Part shown: piece by piece, positions 37,735-49,789 of the stretch | Numbering within the stretch: the first letter of the stretch is position 1 | Layout of the letters: every line of letters begins with the position of its first letter | NCBI GenBank assembly: GCA_010909165.1 | Contig: MU008189.1 | Location: forward strand, 248,001-312,000 | From: Anthoceros angustus | Taxonomy: Eukaryota; Plantae; Anthocerotophyta | Direction: 5' to 3' | Length of the DNA: 64,000 nucleotides | Notes under the pieces: model-generated | Told to the model about the DNA's origin: nothing | The model's database searches: none | What the model saw: only the letters and a program-made list of their open reading frames with translations | Program-made: the position numbers and the translations under genes

Positions 37735-40700
37735 ATGGCATCGGGAGGGCTCTCCGAGCAAGAAGGACCTAGCGCGCCTGCTTGAACCACCTTCCGAGAT
37801 GCGGCGGAAGAAACCAAGAAGAAGGCGACTCGGTTGAGGCAGAAGTCGCGGATATGGCACCCAATCCGACAAGGGTGGCCCCCGCAACAGCATCGGAGGC
37901 GGAAGGATGTGGGTGGGCGGCGAAGAAATCGAGCTCGGAATTCAGCCCGGCTCACGGGGAGGCGGGCAGCCACGAAAGACAAGGAGGCTTGAAGGGGAAG
38001 AAGCAACCCGATCCTGTGCCTTCGCCATACAACTTGGAAGAAACTATGCTCATCGGCGCGACTAACTCAATCGATGCGATAATTGTCTAGGGAAGGAGTG
38101 GTTTTGCAGGCGGGCTGGATGATCTTGACCATATGGACACCGCTCAAGGCATGGGTTCTGAGGTTTGGACCAGCTAAGCCAAATCGGAGCAAGAGTTGGC
38201 TGGGTATGGGCAAGCTGGATTGTCGCATAGCGGGCGAATTCGAGGTCCTCCTTACAACAAAGCCACACCAAGCTGGATGAAATTCGCCCGGTGCGGAGGA
38301 GTTCAAGGTTATCACCGTGGGCCTTGGGATGTTCAAGCTTAAGAAGTGTTCCCGGATGTCGACAAGCGCCTTAGAGGCTAAGCAGAATCAACACGTATGG
38401 ACGGTTGGCTAACATTGTTTTGTGCTTGAATTGCTTTTCATTTCATGCGCATGTAAATGTGAGTTGGCTTATGGGTTTTGTGTGTCAACAGTGGGAGGGC
38501 TTTCTATAAGCAATGTGTGCTTTTGTCACAGTCTATCGTGGACCACCGAGAGAAATGAGCATCGGCGAACCAGGCAGCCCTCCCAAAATCACGAGAGGAC
38601 CTCTCGGCTCGGAGGAAGGAGGCTGGGCCCAAGATGAGCATGATGGACCATTGCCCGACATCCTTGGACAATCCGGCGAAGATGATGGAAGAAGCGGGGA
38701 TGACTTGGAAACCGAGGTTAGAGATGCGAATTAATAATGGATTATGACATGCCTCGACTCTATGCTTGTGCCCACGGTCCTTATAACCCGCGAGCCGCCC
38801 GGCATGCGCCCCGGCTCCATTCCAGTGTGGAGTCCCGCCAACCCCTCGGCCGGGCATGTGTATGGATGTGGCGGGAGCAAGGAAGAGGCGGCATGCGGCG
38901 CCCTACGTGCGGTGTGGAGTCCTCCCAACCCCCATGCGAGGCATGTTTATGGATGTGGCGAGCAAGGGAAGGGGTGGGGCGCGGCAACAGCATCGTGGAG
39001 GCGATGTGGGTGGGCGGCGAAATCGAGCTCGAATTCAGGCGACAACACAGGAGGCGAGGCAGCCACGAAAGACAAGGAGGCTTGAAGGGGAAGAAAGCAA
39101 CCCGATCCTGCCTTCGCCATACAACTTGGAAGAAACTATGCTCATCAGCGCGACTAACTCGATGCGATTAATTGTCTAGGAAGGAGTGGTTTTGCAGCGG
39201 GCTGGATGATGCGACCATATGGACACCGCAAGGCCATGGGTTCTGAGGTTTGGACCAGCTAAGCCAAATCAGTGAGCAAGAGTTGGCTGGGTTGTATGGG
39301 CAAGCTGGATTGTCGCGGAACCGAATTCGAGGTCCTCCTTACAACAAAGCCACACGGATGAAATTCGCCCATGCGGAGGAGTTCAAGGTTATCACTGGGC
39401 CTTGGGATGTTCAAGCTTAAGAAGTGTTCCCCGGATGTCGACAAGCGCCTTAGAGGCTAAGCAGAATCAACACGTATGGACGGTTGGCTAACATTGTTTT
39501 GTGCTTGAATTGCTTTTCATTTCATGCGCATGTAAATGTGAGTTGGCTTATGGGTTTTGTGTGTCAACAGTGGGAGGGCTTTCTATAAGCAATGTGTGCT
39601 TTTGTCACAGTCTATCGTGGACCACCGAGAGAAATGAGCATCGGCGAACCAGGCAGCCCTCCCAAAATCACGAGAGGACCTCTCGGCTCGGAGGAAGGAG
39701 GCTTGAAGGGGAAGAAGAAAACGCAACCCGATCCTGTGCCATACAACTTGGAAGAAACTATGCTCATCGGCGACTAACTCAATCGATGCGATTGTCTAGG
39801 GAAGGAGTGGTTTTGCAAGCAGGCAGTGGATGATCTTGACCATATGGACACTTACGGCATGGGTTCTGAGGTTTGGACCAGCTAAGCCAAATCGGCGAGC
39901 AAGAGTTGGCTGGGTTGTATGGGCAAGCTGGATTTGTCATAGCAGGAACCGAATTCGAGGTCCTCCTTACAACAAAGCCACCTGGATGAAATTCGGTGCG
40001 AGGAGTTCAAGGTTATCACCGTGGGCCTTGGGATGTTCAAGCTTAAGAAGTGTTCCCGGATGTCGACAAGCGCCTTAGAGGCTAAGCAGAATCAACACGT
40101 ATGGACGGGTTGGCTAACATTGTTTTTTGTGCTTGTGCTTTTCATTTCGCTTAGCCGCATGTAGGCTGAGTTGGCTTATGGGTTTTGTGTGTCAGCAGTG
40201 GGAGGGCTTTCTATAAGCAAGCGTGTGCTTTTGTCACATCTATCGTGGACCACCGGAGAGAAATGAGCATGCGGCGAACCAGGCAGCCCTCCCAAAATCA
40301 CGACGGAGGACCTCTCAGCTCGGAGGAAGAGGAGCTGGGCCCAAGATGAGCATGATGGACCATTGCCCGACATCCTTGGACAATCCGGCGAAGATGATGG
40401 AAGAAGCGGGGATGACTTGGAAACCGAGGTTAGAGATGCGAATTAATAATGGATTATGACATGCCTCGACTCTATGCTTGTGCCCACGGTCCTTATAACC
40501 CGCGAGCCGCCCGGCATGCGCCCCGGCTCCATTCCAGTGTGGAGTCCCGCCAACCCCTCGGCCGGGCATGTGTATGGATGTGGCGGGAGCAAGGAAGAGG
40601 CGGCATGCGGCGCCCTACGTGCGGTGTGGAGTCCTCCCAACCCCCATGCGAGGCATGTTTATGGATGTGGCGAGCAAGGGGTGGGGCGGCATGCGGCGCC

Positions 40701-43600
40701 ACTCCTTCATCCACAGCGCCACCCTTCTACTATACCGGGTGCTATGAGCTATCGACCCGGCCGTTGGATTGTCGGGAGGGCTGGAGGAAAGGCAAGCAGC
40801 GCACGAGGCAGCCGAACCGACACCCAAGTCCGGATCATGGTAATTTGTTGGCGACGAGCTAGTCATTTCCGATACAAGGCCGGGATCCGGAAAGAGGAAG
40901 CAGTCTTGATGCAAGAGGATCGGCGAGCGAGAGAGTTTGGAGCCGAACATGGTAAAATACGGAAGAAAGCAAAGACTACAGAACTATGTCACCGTAGGAG
41001 ACATTCCCACAGTGCACCTTTCAACAGATGAAGAGAGGTTGGAATCTTCCTTCCACGAGGAGGACTACCTCACCCGAATTCGAGATGCAGCATATGCGAA
41101 GAAGGTGGTCCCGGAGACTATGTTGGTAAAGCTGGAGAATCTGCGGCCTGCCTCTTATCTAACCCCGGATGCGCAGATTCGGCGTGTGGATGAAGCGTGG
41201 ACTAATTATCTGGCTCGCGTGATTGGAAAGGGCCGAGTTGAGGAGGGCGTATTGCCCCTTTTGTGCATGATTGATCCCAAGGAGTGTGATGATCTAGAGG
41301 ACTGGTGGAAAAATTCGAGCAAAAGAAATACATCATGGGTGTGTTAGGCGGGAACCACACATTTGCGGCAATGCAACATTTGGCGGACATATCACCGATG
41401 AAAGAGCGTTTCAAATGGATAGAGGCACATGTGTATTGTGGGTGACCACCACGAAATGAGGGTTTTGGCGGTGATCACAATACAATGTCGACAAGCGGCG
41501 GAAGATGTCGTTCATAGAGCAAGTAAGATATCTCAGAGATGAACTGCTTATAGCCAAGCGGGATGGCGTGCATATGTCCATGAATTGGAAGTTCAACTGT
41601 ATAAGGTATTGGGTCTTATCGAAGATGATGAAGGACGGGAAGATGATGCCTACAAAGCAGAACAAGGTTGACAACGGGCGCACATCTTGTGCATAGCGAA
41701 GTTGGAAGGAAGGGTATGGGAGAATGTGGACAAAATTTTTGCAAAGTGGGAGGCTTGTGACTTGCGGAAGAAACATGTGGCGGGATTGAGCAAAAGAGCA
41801 AAGGCAAGCGGAAAGCGTGGAAGAAACGAAACAAGTTGAGGGTATATTGGTGAAGCCCAAGGAGATGCAGACAAAGCCATGGCGTTGCTTTCAAGGTATT
41901 CTGCGGGGAGGCGGGCAGCAAATGCTTATTAGTGCCAGAAAGTTCTCACGGCCTTATGGATTTGAAGGAATGTCGGATGAAATTATATTGCAAGAAATTG
42001 CATATCATCCAAGTGGCCATGGCGAAGCACTTAGGATGTTCATCTTTTGAGATGGTGAGGCAAGAGTACCCACAACATTCCACCGGCAGTAGTCGCGAGT
42101 TCAGTTTTCGAGGGAAAGGTATGTTATCATACTCTCTTGTTTCTTAGAACTTTATATGGTACTGGGCGGGAGGAGGAGGGAGAGGGCGCCGGCATGCCTC
42201 CTCCTCCTCTGTTGTCCGCTTGGCGCGGCATGTGCAGCGCCGGCATCTGCGCCCGGAGTTGGGTGGGCGGCATGCGCGCCCCCTCACCAATATAGTAGGG
42301 GTTGCCTCGGGGAGGCGGCATGCCGGCGCCAGTCTAGATGCCTCAGGCCCTAAGTGCGGAGGCGCCGGCATCGCGCCTCCCTGCACTAATATTGACAAGC
42401 ATCCTGTTTTGTGCAGCAACAAAAGACATTGAAGTCCTTACCAAGTGCCCGAAAACTTTCAGCAGTTCATTTATGAGGTCAACACTTGGAAGGGCTTGGA
42501 GGATGATGACAGTCGCGAGATAGAGACATAGAAGAGGATTGTTGCAATTCAGTCCCCGATCGGAGAAAAAGTACGATGTCAGTTCATGCTCGAGATGTGC
42601 AGGATATGCGAGGTTTTGTGAGGAAGAGGAGTTACTCTTTGCTTGTGATGGATGTCCACGTGGATTCGAGAAGGGCCCAAAGGATGGAAGGTTTGATATT
42701 TGGCAAGTTGGTAATGTTTTGCATTCCTTCCATGACTTGGTGAATCTGACGATTCGGGATGATCATAATGCATGGTGTGGAAGATTCACATATTGTGCGG
42801 AGCCTATCGGAAGTGGTGCCGGAGGGTGGTCTTGTTTCATTTGTGTGGGACAAGACAAATGTCAACAACGACAAGGGTGGGTTTGATACGGTGGAGTATG
42901 TCCTTTGTCGGGTGAAGAAGAAAAGCTACGAGTTCGTGGCATCATGTTACCTAATGTTTTGCGGGGCACTTTCAATAATGGTCGTCGGTGATTGCCCACC
43001 ATACGATTGTGAAAAAAGGTTTATCATTCACTTGACAAACTTGTTGTCATCCCTACCAGTGACCTTTAGGTTTGATGATGAAGCTTATCAAGACATTCTC
43101 CAAGGAAGGGATGGATATTGGATGCATGTGCGGTGGTGGGTCATCTTTAATGGTGCCTTGTTGTCGGCGAAATTGTATTTCTATCGAGGCGGACAAGAGG
43201 TGTCGAAATTCATTCCAGTGTACATGGATATGAATCTTCTTGGGATGCGGAGGAGGAGGCGACACATGAGCCGCATCGTCGTGGTCCATCTCAATTACAG
43301 GCCAAGGAGGTTTGCGTCGGTGAGAAGGATATTGGGAAGGCTCAAATTGTGCCTCTAGGGTCGAGCGAATGAAAGAAAGGAGGAGACCACAGCCGATGAG
43401 GGAGCAGACACTAGAGGCATATGGCACACCTCGAAGTTGACGGAAGGAAGGCAGCGCCCGGCGATGATGGGCTGACTCTTTCGGAGAGATGAAGAACGTC
43501 GAGAAAGCGTCACCGTAGTTCACGATAGTGAAGCCGGTTTGTGTGCGGTTGAATCTTGAGACCGTGAACTTCCTTAGGTGGCTAGACGTTTTCACTGTTC
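37735..43600 (+). CDS. Transposon accessory gene(s): low-complexity N-terminus (internally duplicated), ParB-like domain, PHD-like fingers, possible amino-methyltransferase-like region; boundaries approximate
   Basis: PLLCMIDP...VLGGNHTFAAMQHL...AHVYCG...HN...KMSFIEQVRYLR; intron 42119-42416; CSRC...ELLFACDGCPRGF and LSEVVPEG/WSCFIC; MVVGDCPPY. Many frameshifts. Confidence 0.55.
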
Positions 43601-44409
43601 TTTGTATGTCGTATGGGCGTTGTCTTTGGAGTGGATGACACGCGGATCTTCTAGTAGCAAGTTGTTACGTATGCGGCCATGAGGCGTTTTGAATACATCG
43701 GCGGGCACTCTACTTATAAGCGAGCATTGCCGCTTGTCCAAGCATCTCGCACCTAGCACCTTCATTGCGGACCCTTTGAGCGAAGGAAATGTCAATCACA
43801 TTGATTGCTTGTAGCGCATGTGCTTCGAAGAGGCGTGTTTGGAGTGAATTAATGGCGTAAAGAAAGTACCAAGCGGCGGCAATTTTTCCATAACCGGCGT
43901 ACATTATTCCGCCGGTATGAATATTATCGTGTTGGCATTGAAGCTTTCCTTGTTGCATGATGCCCATGATGCACCAACAGCGGGACACATGGGATAGACA
44001 AGACATACTAGCATTGAAGGAGCATGTCTGGTGGCAAGGCATGAAGAAACAGTGCATCAAATGTGTGCAGGAGTGCTTGCCTTATGTGCACACCAAGGCA
44101 GTCAGAAGGGCACCAGTAGGCTTGCTTATGCTTTTGGAGGTGCCAGTAGAGAAGTGGTCCAACATGACCTGTGATTTTGTGACATGGCTGCTGAGAACGC
44201 AGAGAGGGCAAAGCATGTCAACAAGAAACGAAGGGATGAGCAGCATGAAGCTGGTGACCTGGTGTGGCTGAGAGTGCGCCCCAACAGGTACTCTAGGCTG
44301 CAAGAAGGTAAGGCCAAGCTCGCTTATAGATATGTCGGTCCATTTGCTGTTAGCAGGAAGGTCTCCACAATATCTTATCAGCTAGACCTACCGTCGCATT
44401 GGAGGATAT

Positions 44410-45933
44410 AACTGCATTATATTTGAAACGGCTGAATATACATCAAGCGGGTTTTGACGAGAATATACGCGAAATGAGGTTTTCGATGGGCATTGAAATG
44501 CGTATTTGAGCATACCTTGCAAAAGAAGGCACACAATTAGGGTGTCGTGGAGAATTTTATATCTTTTAGCGGCTTACAGTGGTAGACGAAGGGTTTGACC
44601 TACAGGTAGACCATTGTTTTCAATGGAAATGATGCGCATGTTGTTAGTGCATGCCATTCGTTAAACAACAGTAAATGAACATGGGCGACCATCTTTGCAG
44701 CAGCATCGAAGGGAATGCATACTGTTGTTTCTATATTCGTGCTATACATCCAATCTAGACACGGTCGATATCGTTGTGCACAACAGCTGAGGGTGTGAAG
44801 AGCCTAAACATGCCGTAAGTGACACACCTAGGTACCGGCATGCCGGCGCCCAAGTCGTGCCCAAAGGCTACGTGTCTTGGGCATCTTGCATGGTCATTAG
44901 CCGGCAATGGCAATTTGGACGTCGGACAAACACCCTCCTTCTGCTGAGAAACTACCTGAACCGTAATGGCTTCTCCGGTCTTCTCAACGTTTTTTGTGTG
45001 TTGGACATCATCTTTGTGAGTGACCAAGGCTACGTTGTGATCGGAAGTGTGAAAGGTGGTGTGTTTTTTCTCATTCTCTTGCGCAAGCAAGCGACGCGTG
45101 GCCTAATATATGTAAGTCATAATGTGCATGGGTGCACGACAAGTGGTTGTAAGACCTAGTGTTAATGTGGATGCAGGCACACTGGCGCTCACAGAAAACC
45201 TATTTAAGGACGCCGGCATGCCCGCGCCCTATAGAGGGAGCATAAGAGCATAGAAGAAGAAGAAGAATTTTATTTAAGTCCACTAGCTTCGGATTTCCGT
45301 CATGGGACTTAGTACTTAACAACTTGTACCATGGTGTGCCTAAGCTACTTGCACCAAGGGCATCCACTCCCTTTAGGCACCCCATCTAAGTACCGATCTA
45401 AGCTCAGGATGCTTAATCACGGCGTTCTTAATCACGGCGTTCTTATAAATGTGTATCCATTTGGCTTAGCCGATCTAAGCTCAGGATGCTTAATCACGGC
45501 GTTCTTATAAATGTGTATCCATTTGGCCTAAGCCATTTGGACACACATAGGGTGCTACCATATTGGCACCTTCATTAGTATATATTATTTGTGTATCATA
45601 AAGTTTTGTTGTCTCTAAAGTTGGTAAAGTGGTAAAAAACTCGGCTAAGAATCATAGGTCGCAAGTTCGAGATCCAATTGTAGTTTTTATACTAGTTAAG
45701 TTGAGTTTCTTTTAGGCGCGACATCTTGGCTCACACACCGTCTGCTGCACCATACCTAGAGGCAAAATTTTGTCCAAACAGACCAAATCGCGACGAGGCA
45801 GTAACAAGACCCAAATATGTAAACCGAGAACATTAAGAATCACGGGTTTTGGGACTGTATGGTAAATCTGAAATTGGTCCGGGGTTTCTGAAAGCTGCTT
45901 TGTATATTCAGCCGCTTCAAATATTATTGTGTT
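44410..45933. mobile_element. 1.5-kb non-autonomous TIR element related to the large element
   Basis: Imperfect TIRs AACTGCATTATATTTGAAACGGCTGAATATACA and AACACAATAATATTTGAAGCGGCTGAATATACA, TSD ATAT/ATGT. Removal restores WRI-CKTFHVSLLK. Confidence 0.82.
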
Positions 45934-46145
45934 ATGTGCAAAACCTTCCACGTTTCCTTGTTGAAGAGGTTTGTAGGAGTCCTTCCATCACAGCAGTATC
46001 TAGATGATCATGAGACACCTGCTGAGGACAAGCAAGGAGATGGAAGGAAGACCGTAGTTCGACCTGAGTTCAAGCTCTTAGGAGAAGGAGAGCCATCCGT
46101 CGAGGAAGACAGCTAGAAGAAGGAGCAGGAAGGAGCAGGCATGAA

Positions 46146-46319
46146 CAACGCGGATTTTTTAAACGAGACTGCAATTACATTGCCTGTATAAAACCGACAA
46201 CGAAGAGGAAAAAAGATAGCCATTCCCCAAGGCTGATTCACGAACACAAGGTATCCTAGCCCATTAACAAAAATTGGATTGGGAATCGAGACCTTGTACG
46301 TGATACTTGATATCAGAGC
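46146..46319 (+). mobile_element. LTR 3' end followed by a tRNA-iMet primer binding site
   Basis: The LTR-like segment ends near 46305 and is followed by TGATATCAGAGC, one mismatch from TGGTATCAGAGC. Confidence 0.7.
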
Positions 46320-47010
46320 TCAAGTTTTTGCACAATCAAGAGAAGGAGAGGAGTCAGATTGCAGCCAGACTCTTGGGCAGCCTGAGATCAGCAAATTGAG
46401 CGATAACCTTTCATAGGAAAGAATTGAGAGGGAAATCACCAATAGCAGTAGTGATGGCGAAGAGCGTACGCTGCAACGAGTTGGCGACCGGGGGCATGGA
46501 CGAGGGCAAAGGCCGCCGACAAGCGCACCCCGGGGACTGCTGATGAGCTTGCTGGTTCTTAATTGGTCAGGGACCACATGAACCCAGTGAAGGTCAAGTC
46601 AGGCGCATGAGAAAGTTGGCAGATCGAGAGCCGGGGGACAATCACGCACATCCAGAATCGGAGCAAGATGGGCAAGGCTTACTCACAAATGCTAGAGAGA
46701 AGGCGTCAAAATACTCAAGTGAACCCACACCCAAGAGAAGAGGTCGATTGCACAAACATCCAGCAATCTTGGATGCCATCGCAATAGTGCTGCGAGAAGC
46801 ATAACAACAACGTCGAGTTAGGCGACCGAGGCACGAGGCTGGGAATGAGAATCCCTCTTGGATCTTGGGAACGGGCTCAAGCAGCCCGCACCCCTGTCCG
46901 AGCACGTGTTCAATTGTTTAATTGACCTTGTTCTTGACTAGAGTATGCCTACCTCTAGTTAGTTGACTCTAGGTGTCCTACGCCGCCACGGCCCTCTGGC
47001 GAGGGATCAG

Positions 47011-47316
47011 CTAGCTCAGTGCTATGTCCATCATAGCCTCGCGATCGACTATGTCCTTCACAGCTGGAGCTTGCTCAATCCGCCGTGACATCCTCCTCCT
47101 TCCTCTAGTCTCTGCAAGAGGACTTGGATCCAATCCATCCGTCCCAGGCTTGGCCAGATTTTGGAAAGCATGCACAAATGATTCAGATTCCCAGGTGGGC
47201 TCTTCTGGATTGTTGCCTTCCCAACTCACCAGGAATTCTCGGATGGTTCGGCCATGCAGAGCTCTCTCCCTTGTGGCTAGGATGGTTGCAGGATGCAAGA
47301 TAAGGGCATCTCCCAC
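47011..47316 (-). mobile_element. Chromodomain of a chromovirus (Ty3/gypsy) integrase, fragment
   Basis: PATILATRERALHGRTIREFLVSWEGNNPEEPTWESE. Confidence 0.8.
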
Positions 47317-48227
47317 TTTGAAGCCCTCTCCCTTAGTATGAGTGAATTCACATGATTCAATTACTCAGTTCACGCTTTAGTTTCATGTTCACTTTACAAA
47401 ACCAAAGAATTTGTGAGCTGCAAGATATACACACACTAGACTCCACGCGTGCGAATCATCAAAACAATGCCTAGCTAAGCGTACAAGGCAATTATATAGC
47501 ATGTTCTCAACTGATTCTAAATGTCTACGTTAGCCCTTAAGCTCTATGTGAGTTGTCCTTAATGTTGAGCTCTCAAATAACTGCTTGTTGGTAAATTTTT
47601 TTTTTCAAAAGGCTCATGCGCTAACTATCTAGTCCCTCTACACAGAGCTATATCTTTTACGTGCACTTTTCATCCTTATCATTAATTTTGTATTTTATTC
47701 ACTCTCCTAACAAGATTAGCCATCTTTCATAAAGCCTCTCAATGCATCAGGCTTATTCTAATAAAATTAGACATGGCTTGTTGATGACTCCTCAAGTCAT
47801 GACATTATAAATGCTCTTTTTGTTCTATAACTGTAGTTGGAATTTTTTTTGATATTTTTCAAATATTTTTGATATTTTTTGATATTTTTTTGACAACATG
47901 TTACTTGAGCTGTAATGAAACTACGAGATGTATTCCCGATTTATGTTCTTCTATCATCCAAGGTTCTTCACTACATGTTTTCATAATGTAAAAAATGTAT
48001 GTAAATTTATTTCTTTCCTCATCTATGAGTGGTTGCTCTTAAAATCAGAAAGCAAAGTTTGGATCGTTGGGCTTGAGGCTTAGGGTAGAATTTGCGTCCT
48101 TGAGGCTTAGGGTAGAATTTGCGTCCTCTGCTTTTGAAGATCTTTGCCTCCTATTATCATAAAAAAAGGAGAAAAATCAATTATTTTTATATTTATGTAT
48201 TTTATGATAATAAATAACAGAATAGAA

Positions 48228-48563
48228 CTACAAAGGTGGTGCTGGACATGAATCATCAATGATACGAGTATATTTATATTGTAAAGTGCATCCCATGGAT
48301 ATAATTCCAGCAAAAAGACTCAATGGGCATGTTTCCAGGAGTCTTTGTTTCATGGTTCGAAGACATTCTTCACAATCTGCCTTTGCCAAATAAAGAAATG
48401 GAGTTGAGATATCATGTTTTAGAAAAACATCTCTTCCGTATCCCACACACCGAGCATCACCATGGAATGTCATCAAACTTTTTTCATGTTTAATATAGCC
48501 TTCAACATGAGGATGATTTTGAACTGTATCCACAATCAAATCCCCTAGCCATATCACAGTGGC
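48228..48563 (-). pseudogene. Gnk2/DUF26-like paralog B, 5' part replaced by gypsy sequence
   Basis: WLGDLIVDTVQNHP...FHGDARC-x24-CEECL...LLETCPLSL...GCTLQY...DDSCPAP aligns with the 28819-29298 protein; gypsy pol begins abruptly at 48564. Confidence 0.72.
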
Positions 48564-49780
48564 ATGAAGCAGCTGCTTGCAGAATTCATCGATGTTTTCG
48601 CCTTCGAGGTAACAGACATGAAGGGGATTCCCAAAGAATGGGGCGAGCATAGGATTGACTGGAACCGAGGGAGCAATCCGATAAGGATTCCACAAGACAA
48701 GTTAAATCCAGTACTCCCTCAAGGTAAAGGATCGAGTTGGAGATGTACCTCAAAGGCGGATGTGATCTATCCTATAGTCAATACCGATGGGTGGCTCCAA
48801 TAGTGGTAGTACCTAAGAGGCAGCCTGGCAAAATCCGAGTTTATCGGGGAGAAGGTTGAATAAAGTCACCAAGAAGGATCACTTTCGTTACCCTTCATCG
48901 ATAATATCACGGATGCAGTGGCAGAATGGCGTATTCATTCCTAGGCGGTACTACGGGTATAATGTTGCACCTTAGGGAGGCGATTGGCCTCGACCGCTTT
49001 ACAGCTGGGGACATATGCTTACAAGCGCGCGCATTTGGGTTGAGGAGCACTGGGTCCTTCATGCGAGCCATCGTCAAAATTTTCAAGGACTTCCTCCGCG
49101 ACTTTATGGAAGTTTTCACGGGCTTACTGCGTATTTGGGGCATCAAGGACCATCGCCGCACCTCAGTGCAGGCGGCCGAGCCACGCAATTATGCACGCAT
49201 CCGGAAAAGTGCTACTTGGCATGTCGGAAGGAATTACATTGGGGCATCGAATTTCAAGCGGTATAGAAGTAGATCAGGACAAGGTAAAGGTCATCGCCAC
49301 CCTTAGAGCACCAACAACGCTAAAGGAACTCCGCGGGTTCACAGGAATGGTCGGGTACTATAGCGCCGTTCCAAATTTGGCGGGCTGCCCCACTAACGAG
49401 CTTGTTAAGGAAGGATCGAGTGGGAATGGACGGCCTTAGCGGGAGGAAGCATTCGGGACTTCGCACCCTGCAGCTACACTCCCACACTAAGAGGACCAGA
49501 CTGGAGTAAGAAGTTCCACGTTTTCGTTGATGTTTTCGCATTTGCAATTGGGTGAGTCCTTAGCGTGGGAGAAGAAGAAGGATTTTCCGATCTACTATCT
49601 TTGGAAGACAACTAACGGACGGGCAGTATACCACCACGGGCGGCAGGAATGGTTTACTCGGTCGGAAATTCGACACTACCTCCTCTCGTATGAATTTGTG
49701 TTCCATGTTGACCACTTTGCCTTGAAACACCTTGTGAATAAACGACCTTTCGGACGCATAGCGATGGATCTTCTTTGCCC
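48564..49780 (+). mobile_element. Ty3/gypsy (non-chromovirus) RT-RNase H, heavily frameshifted
   Basis: EFIDVFAF, LNKVTKKDHF-LPFID, EGITLGHRISS-GIEVDQDKVKVI, LRGFTGMVGYY, HYLLSYEFVFHVDHFALKHLVNK. Confidence 0.9.
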
Positions 49781-49789
49781 GGGAGTTGT

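Larger units (their letters stand above)
32120..43933. mobile_element. 11.8-kb TIR DNA transposon, Sola1-like
   Basis: Perfect 30-bp TIR AACACGATAATATTCATACCGGCGGAATAA (32120-32149, 43904-43933), 4-bp TSD GGCA (32116-32119, 43934-43937), an empty site that restores the host ORF, and an internal transposase. The superfamily call is inferred from TSD length and motifs. Confidence 0.9.
31860..46115 (+). mobile_element. Host Ty3/gypsy pol (RNase H end, integrase Zn finger, GPF module) in three pieces: 31860-32119, 43934-44409, 45934-46115
   Basis: GKQILIADALSKR...GRLCILESCSA|LKLSLLHDAHDAPTAGHMG...CDFVT, then YVGPF...LDLPSHWRI|CKTFHVSLLKRF. Both frames are restored when the two insertions and one TSD copy each are removed. 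The integrase catalytic core is deleted. Confidence 0.9.

Noticed and set aside
30130-46305. Inverted ~145-bp homology as TIRs of one 16-kb element
   Set aside because: The segments are LTR 3' ends of one family in opposite orientation (one is followed by a PBS), and no TSD is present.
48564-48695. N-terminus of the 155-aa ORF 48228..48695
   Set aside because: It is the antisense strand of gypsy RT, fused by chance to the truncated Gnk2-like gene.
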